A stretch of 64,000 bases of DNA from an uncultured virus (IMG/VR IMGVR_UViG_2576861110_000002). Lineage: Duplodnaviria; Heunggongvirae; Uroviricota; Caudoviricetes. The notes under the pieces were generated by a model. That model had not been told where the DNA came from and searched no databases. It was given only the letters and a program-made list of their open reading frames with translations. The stretch spans positions 1 to 64,000 of the IMG/VR virus record IMGVR_UViG_2576861110_000002. One strand, written 5' to 3'. Shown piece by piece: positions 61,017 to 64,000 of this stretch (its first letter is position 1; the number at the start of each line of letters is the position of its first letter). The translations under genes were made by a program, and so were the position numbers.

Positions 61017-61781
61017 ATGGCTGCAGGTTTTCAAGTAGTTAATGATAGAAATACTATTCAAATTGATAGTAATTATAGCAATCTACACTTACATTCTGTT
61101 TTAGATATTAAATCAGGGGTACTAATTGATAGTTTACCCGGTTTTAATCCTAGATGGCGTTTTGATGGGAAGATGCGTAAGCTTAGTGTTCCAAAAGCTG
61201 ATTTACCTCTTCCTGTTATTGCTTTAGAAGTTATTAATGACTGTAGTTGTGCTTTTGGTGGAATTCAATCTAATGGCTATAATTGGGATATTGTTGTTTA
61301 CTACGGTAAGCGAGTAACAGGCGGTGTATGGACTATAGAAGAACCCCCAGCAGCTAAGGTATATATATTTTCTACTAGGGTTCAGCCCTTATCATCTGGT
61401 GTAGGTTTAGAAATCTACAGAGAAGACGGTACTGTAGCTTTTTCATCTCAAGCTAAGCCTTTAACTATTGTAACTAGTTTACAAGAGATTAGTGGGGTTG
61501 ATTATTTATATTCAGGAAATATAGCTAATAAGGCTTTATTATTTCAGGGTATGGATGTTATATGGAGTTTTTCTATGGATGTTGATGAATTTTATGTATC
61601 AACTTTCTATGGATATCAAGATAATAAAATTTATCAAATTGGTAGAAACACCTCTGACCCTAATGGACATATGATGCCTGAATTATATGCTTGGTTTGAT
61701 CATTTTGAAGTTAACACACATAGTTGGTATCAATTAACAGCTCCTTATCCTTTGTTAATTGATACGACTATTCTTAATTAA
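61017..61781 (+). CDS. Tail-tip associated protein
   Basis: MAAGFQVVND..IQIDS and GLEIYREDGTVAFSS repeats. Confidence 0.65.
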   Translation: MAAGFQVVNDRNTIQIDSNYSNLHLHSVLDIKSGVLIDSLPGFNPRWRFDGKMRKLSVPKADLPLPVIALEVINDCSCAFGGIQSNGYNWDIVVYYGKRVTGGVWTIEEPPAAKVYIFSTRVQPLSSGVGLEIYREDGTVAFSSQAKPLTIVTSLQEISGVDYLYSGNIANKALLFQGMDVIWSFSMDVDEFYVSTFYGYQDNKIYQIGRNTSDPNGHMMPELYAWFDHFEVNTHSWYQLTAPYPLLIDTTILN

Positions 61782-61833
61782 TTTTAATAAAAAGAAAGCC
61801 CCTTAATTGGGGCTTTCTCCATTTAAATGCATT

Positions 61834-62028
61834 TTATGCAGGCTGATCATTACTTTGTGGTTCTTCTACAAAAGTGTAGTTAACTGCAATGGAACCAGTC
61901 TCCAAATCCCAGCCTAGGTTTAATGTTTTGAAAGCAGGACGATTATTATATCGTTGACTATTTACAATATCTTTTGTCTTTTGAGCTAATTCGATATCTA
62001 AATCGTTAAATACTTTAACTTCAGCCAT
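61834..62028 (-). CDS. Small hypothetical late protein
   Basis: SD AAGGA, own GGAAC element on the minus strand, bidirectional terminator at ~61794-61818. Confidence 0.65.
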   Translation of the reverse strand: MAEVKVFNDLDIELAQKTKDIVNSQRYNNRPAFKTLNLGWDLETGSIAVNYTFVEEPQSNDQPA

Positions 62029-62100
62029 GAGCTTTTCCTTTGAACAGATTAAAAAATAAGTTCAGATAGAATTGCATGCAGTTAATTAATGAAATCTGTA

Positions 62101-62124
62101 GGGTTCCAATTCACTTTGGAACCC
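62101..62124. promoter_or_regulatory. Back-to-back GGAAC late elements forming a palindrome
   Basis: GGGTTCCAA-TTCACT-TTGGAACCC between divergent genes. Confidence 0.7.
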
Positions 62125-62187
62125 ATCTAAAAGTAAAAAAATAGCAGCCTTCAAAATACATAATTATTTAGGTATTTTGGCTTCGTT

Positions 62188-63723
62188 ATGTCTTCTCGGT
62201 TCTTATCGTTGTTACTCGGTGAAAATGTTAATTCATATGATCAGCAATTCGATACGTCTAATCAGGATGCAACAGCACAGCTATATGAAACTATGGCTCC
62301 GTTTTCACTTGGGACTAACCAAACCAAAGCCAATAAGAAGCGTACTCGGAAAGAAATTCTTACTAAATGGGAGAGAATGTTACGCTTTGCACCTATCGCA
62401 GAGGGTATGGGGATTCATGTTTCTGCAGCCTTAGGCGGCGATTCTTATAGCGGCCAACAAGTCTTTATTACGCCCGCAGAACGGTTAAAAAAGGCGAATG
62501 GACCAGCAGCTGAAAAACTAAAAAAACAACTAGATGAGCGCCGTGTAAAGATGGAAAAGCTGATCAATAAGTATTTAAGCAAGCTAGCCCGAGATGCAAT
62601 TTCATTTGGTGATTCTTATGCACGTATTTACGGGAAAAAAGATAAAGGTGTAATTGACCTCGTATGTAATGAGTATACTTATCCACCATTAATACAACCT
62701 TTCGAACAAGGCAGTAAGACTGTCGCCTTTTTTTGTTTAGATCCTCGCAATTGGCAAAAAACTATTACCAAACTGAATACTATCCAAATGGTACGTTTCA
62801 AAATGCCCCGTATGAGCAATATTGCTCAATATGAGCTTGTTGAAACTGGTCTTGTCACGAAAATGTTGGAGGGTGATGATCCAGATGAGCTACCAATCTT
62901 ACCCGCGCATTTAGGCGGCTCATTTCTTTATGAGATTGAAGATATTTATGATGATGTAATCCTCGCTTTGGCATCTATGAATAGCCAGCAAATCGCAGAT
63001 ACCGTAAATCAGATGTTCTTGACAGTAAATATGTCAGGAATGCCGCCAGCACAACGTCAAGCCTATATTCGTGGTTTAGAAGGTTTGCTTAAAAATCATG
63101 AGGCTTATGTCCGTGATGCTTTATCAGGTGGTGAAGCAGTCTGGAATACTGCTTTTCACATGCTTCCAGTATTTGATGAAAAACAAGTTCTAAATCCAGT
63201 GGGTGATATCAAGAATCAACGAAGCTCACCTATTAATATTGAACAGTTCATGATTAATGTCCGTTTGTTAATGGGCGGTATAGGTCTAGACCCAAGTATG
63301 GTAGGGTGGGCTGACATGTTAACTGGTGGTATTGGAGAAGGTGGAGCATTCCATACTTCTGCACAAATCATGCGTAGGTCACAAGACATTCGAACAGCAG
63401 CTTCCGAAGGGATTAATCAAATTCTTCACTTGGATTGGGGTTTTGCTTATAACGAACAATTTGAGCCTGAAGATTACCCTTGGCAAGTTGAATATTATTC
63501 AAACCAAACTGCAGCAGCTACGGAAGAAATCAACAATGCTCAATCAAGAATGAATACAACATTACTTAAAACACAAGTAATCGCATCATTGAAAGAATCA
63601 AATTTAGATGTAGATATTATGGCCTACATTCTTGAGCGCGATACAGGTATGAAATATGAGGAAGCATTAACATTAGCTGAAAGTATTGCTAAGAGCCGTA
63701 AATTTCCAGAGGATGAAGAATAA
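62188..63723 (+). CDS. Portal protein (P1 Prt-like)
   Basis: 511 aa, helical; GIGLDPSMVGWADMLTGGIGEGGAFHTSAQ. Confidence 0.7.
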   Translation: MSSRFLSLLLGENVNSYDQQFDTSNQDATAQLYETMAPFSLGTNQTKANKKRTRKEILTKWERMLRFAPIAEGMGIHVSAALGGDSYSGQQVFITPAERLKKANGPAAEKLKKQLDERRVKMEKLINKYLSKLARDAISFGDSYARIYGKKDKGVIDLVCNEYTYPPLIQPFEQGSKTVAFFCLDPRNWQKTITKLNTIQMVRFKMPRMSNIAQYELVETGLVTKMLEGDDPDELPILPAHLGGSFLYEIEDIYDDVILALASMNSQQIADTVNQMFLTVNMSGMPPAQRQAYIRGLEGLLKNHEAYVRDALSGGEAVWNTAFHMLPVFDEKQVLNPVGDIKNQRSSPINIEQFMINVRLLMGGIGLDPSMVGWADMLTGGIGEGGAFHTSAQIMRRSQDIRTAASEGINQILHLDWGFAYNEQFEPEDYPWQVEYYSNQTAAATEEINNAQSRMNTTLLKTQVIASLKESNLDVDIMAYILERDTGMKYEEALTLAESIAKSRKFPEDEE

Positions 63724-64000
63724 TGGCTTTTTTTGAATACGAAACACAGAATAAAACTATAAATAACAGTTTTGGAAACGTTTTAAATCCGTTTAAAGAT
63801 CGTTTTGCTAAAAATCCTGTCTTATGGTCTGGTCTAACAGTGGATCAAGCTGTTTCCCATTATCAGGAACTTTACGCATTAGGAACACTTTCAGCTGCAC
63901 ATTTTGGAATAGAAATTCAGCCTTACCGTGCAAACAGTAAGATTGCTCAAGCGAATATTCCAATTTTTGATCCTTCAAACAAAGTTGCTTGGTTAGCCAA
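63723..64000 (+). CDS. Structural protein, truncated by the window end
   Basis: ATG overlaps the portal stop (TAATG); open reading MAFFEYETQNK...VAWLA to the end. Confidence 0.6.
   Translation, partial: MAFFEYETQNKTINNSFGNVLNPFKDRFAKNPVLWSGLTVDQAVSHYQELYALGTLSAAHFGIEIQPYRANSKIAQANIPIFDPSNKVAWLA

Larger units (their letters stand above)
1..64000. mobile_element. Temperate prophage (part): lambdoid integration/immunity/replication module plus P1-like contractile-tail morphogenesis genes
   Basis: Integrase, CI/Cro, replication, terminase, capsid, sheath, baseplate, fibres and portal are all present; no host housekeeping genes; both ends lie at or inside phage genes. Confidence 0.95.

Noticed and set aside
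51100..61781. Diversity-generating retroelement or invertible fibre cassette
   Set aside because: No reverse transcriptase, invertase, TR/VR pair or flanking inverted repeats seen in the window
22144..62122. GGAAC as an ECF/sigmaE -35 box
   Set aside because: No shared ECF-type -10 at 16-17 nt; the conserved element is at 29 nt and looks like sigma70

Overview
The whole window is part of one temperate prophage. The host is most likely Acinetobacter, inferred from the AT-rich sequence and the protein families. The left third is lambdoid: tyrosine integrase, an inserted two-gene HTH-Zn-peptidase/toxin-like cassette, excisionase, ExoX-like nuclease, a CI/Cro switch with ATGC-N6-GCAT operators, HNH endonuclease, C5-methyltransferase, replication initiator with DnaC-like loader, and RusA. 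The right two-thirds is a scrambled myovirus morphogenesis region resembling phage P1: tape measure/lysozyme, DarA-N protein, baseplate, head protease, large terminase with a mini-intein, tail fibre, capsid, sheath, spike/giant fibre and portal. It is interrupted by accessory genes: a lipoprotein, an orphan HicB fusion, a proteasome/HslV-like Thr protease, a Tad1-like anti-defence sponge, an antirepressor cassette and a Phd/RelE TA pair. Main observations read from the sequence: (1) a regulon-wide GGAAC-N29-NANNNT element 66-78 nt upstream of 13 late start codons, usually with an RBS-hiding hairpin; (2) a DarA-N/PBECR-nuclease gene facing a promoter-driven structured antisense RNA; (3) a recurring F-D-S motif in head proteins; (4) an in-frame stop splitting a ~3,190-aa spike-fibre gene. 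Family assignments come from motif recognition by eye, not from database searches. No att sites, lysis genes, tRNAs or CRISPR arrays were seen.
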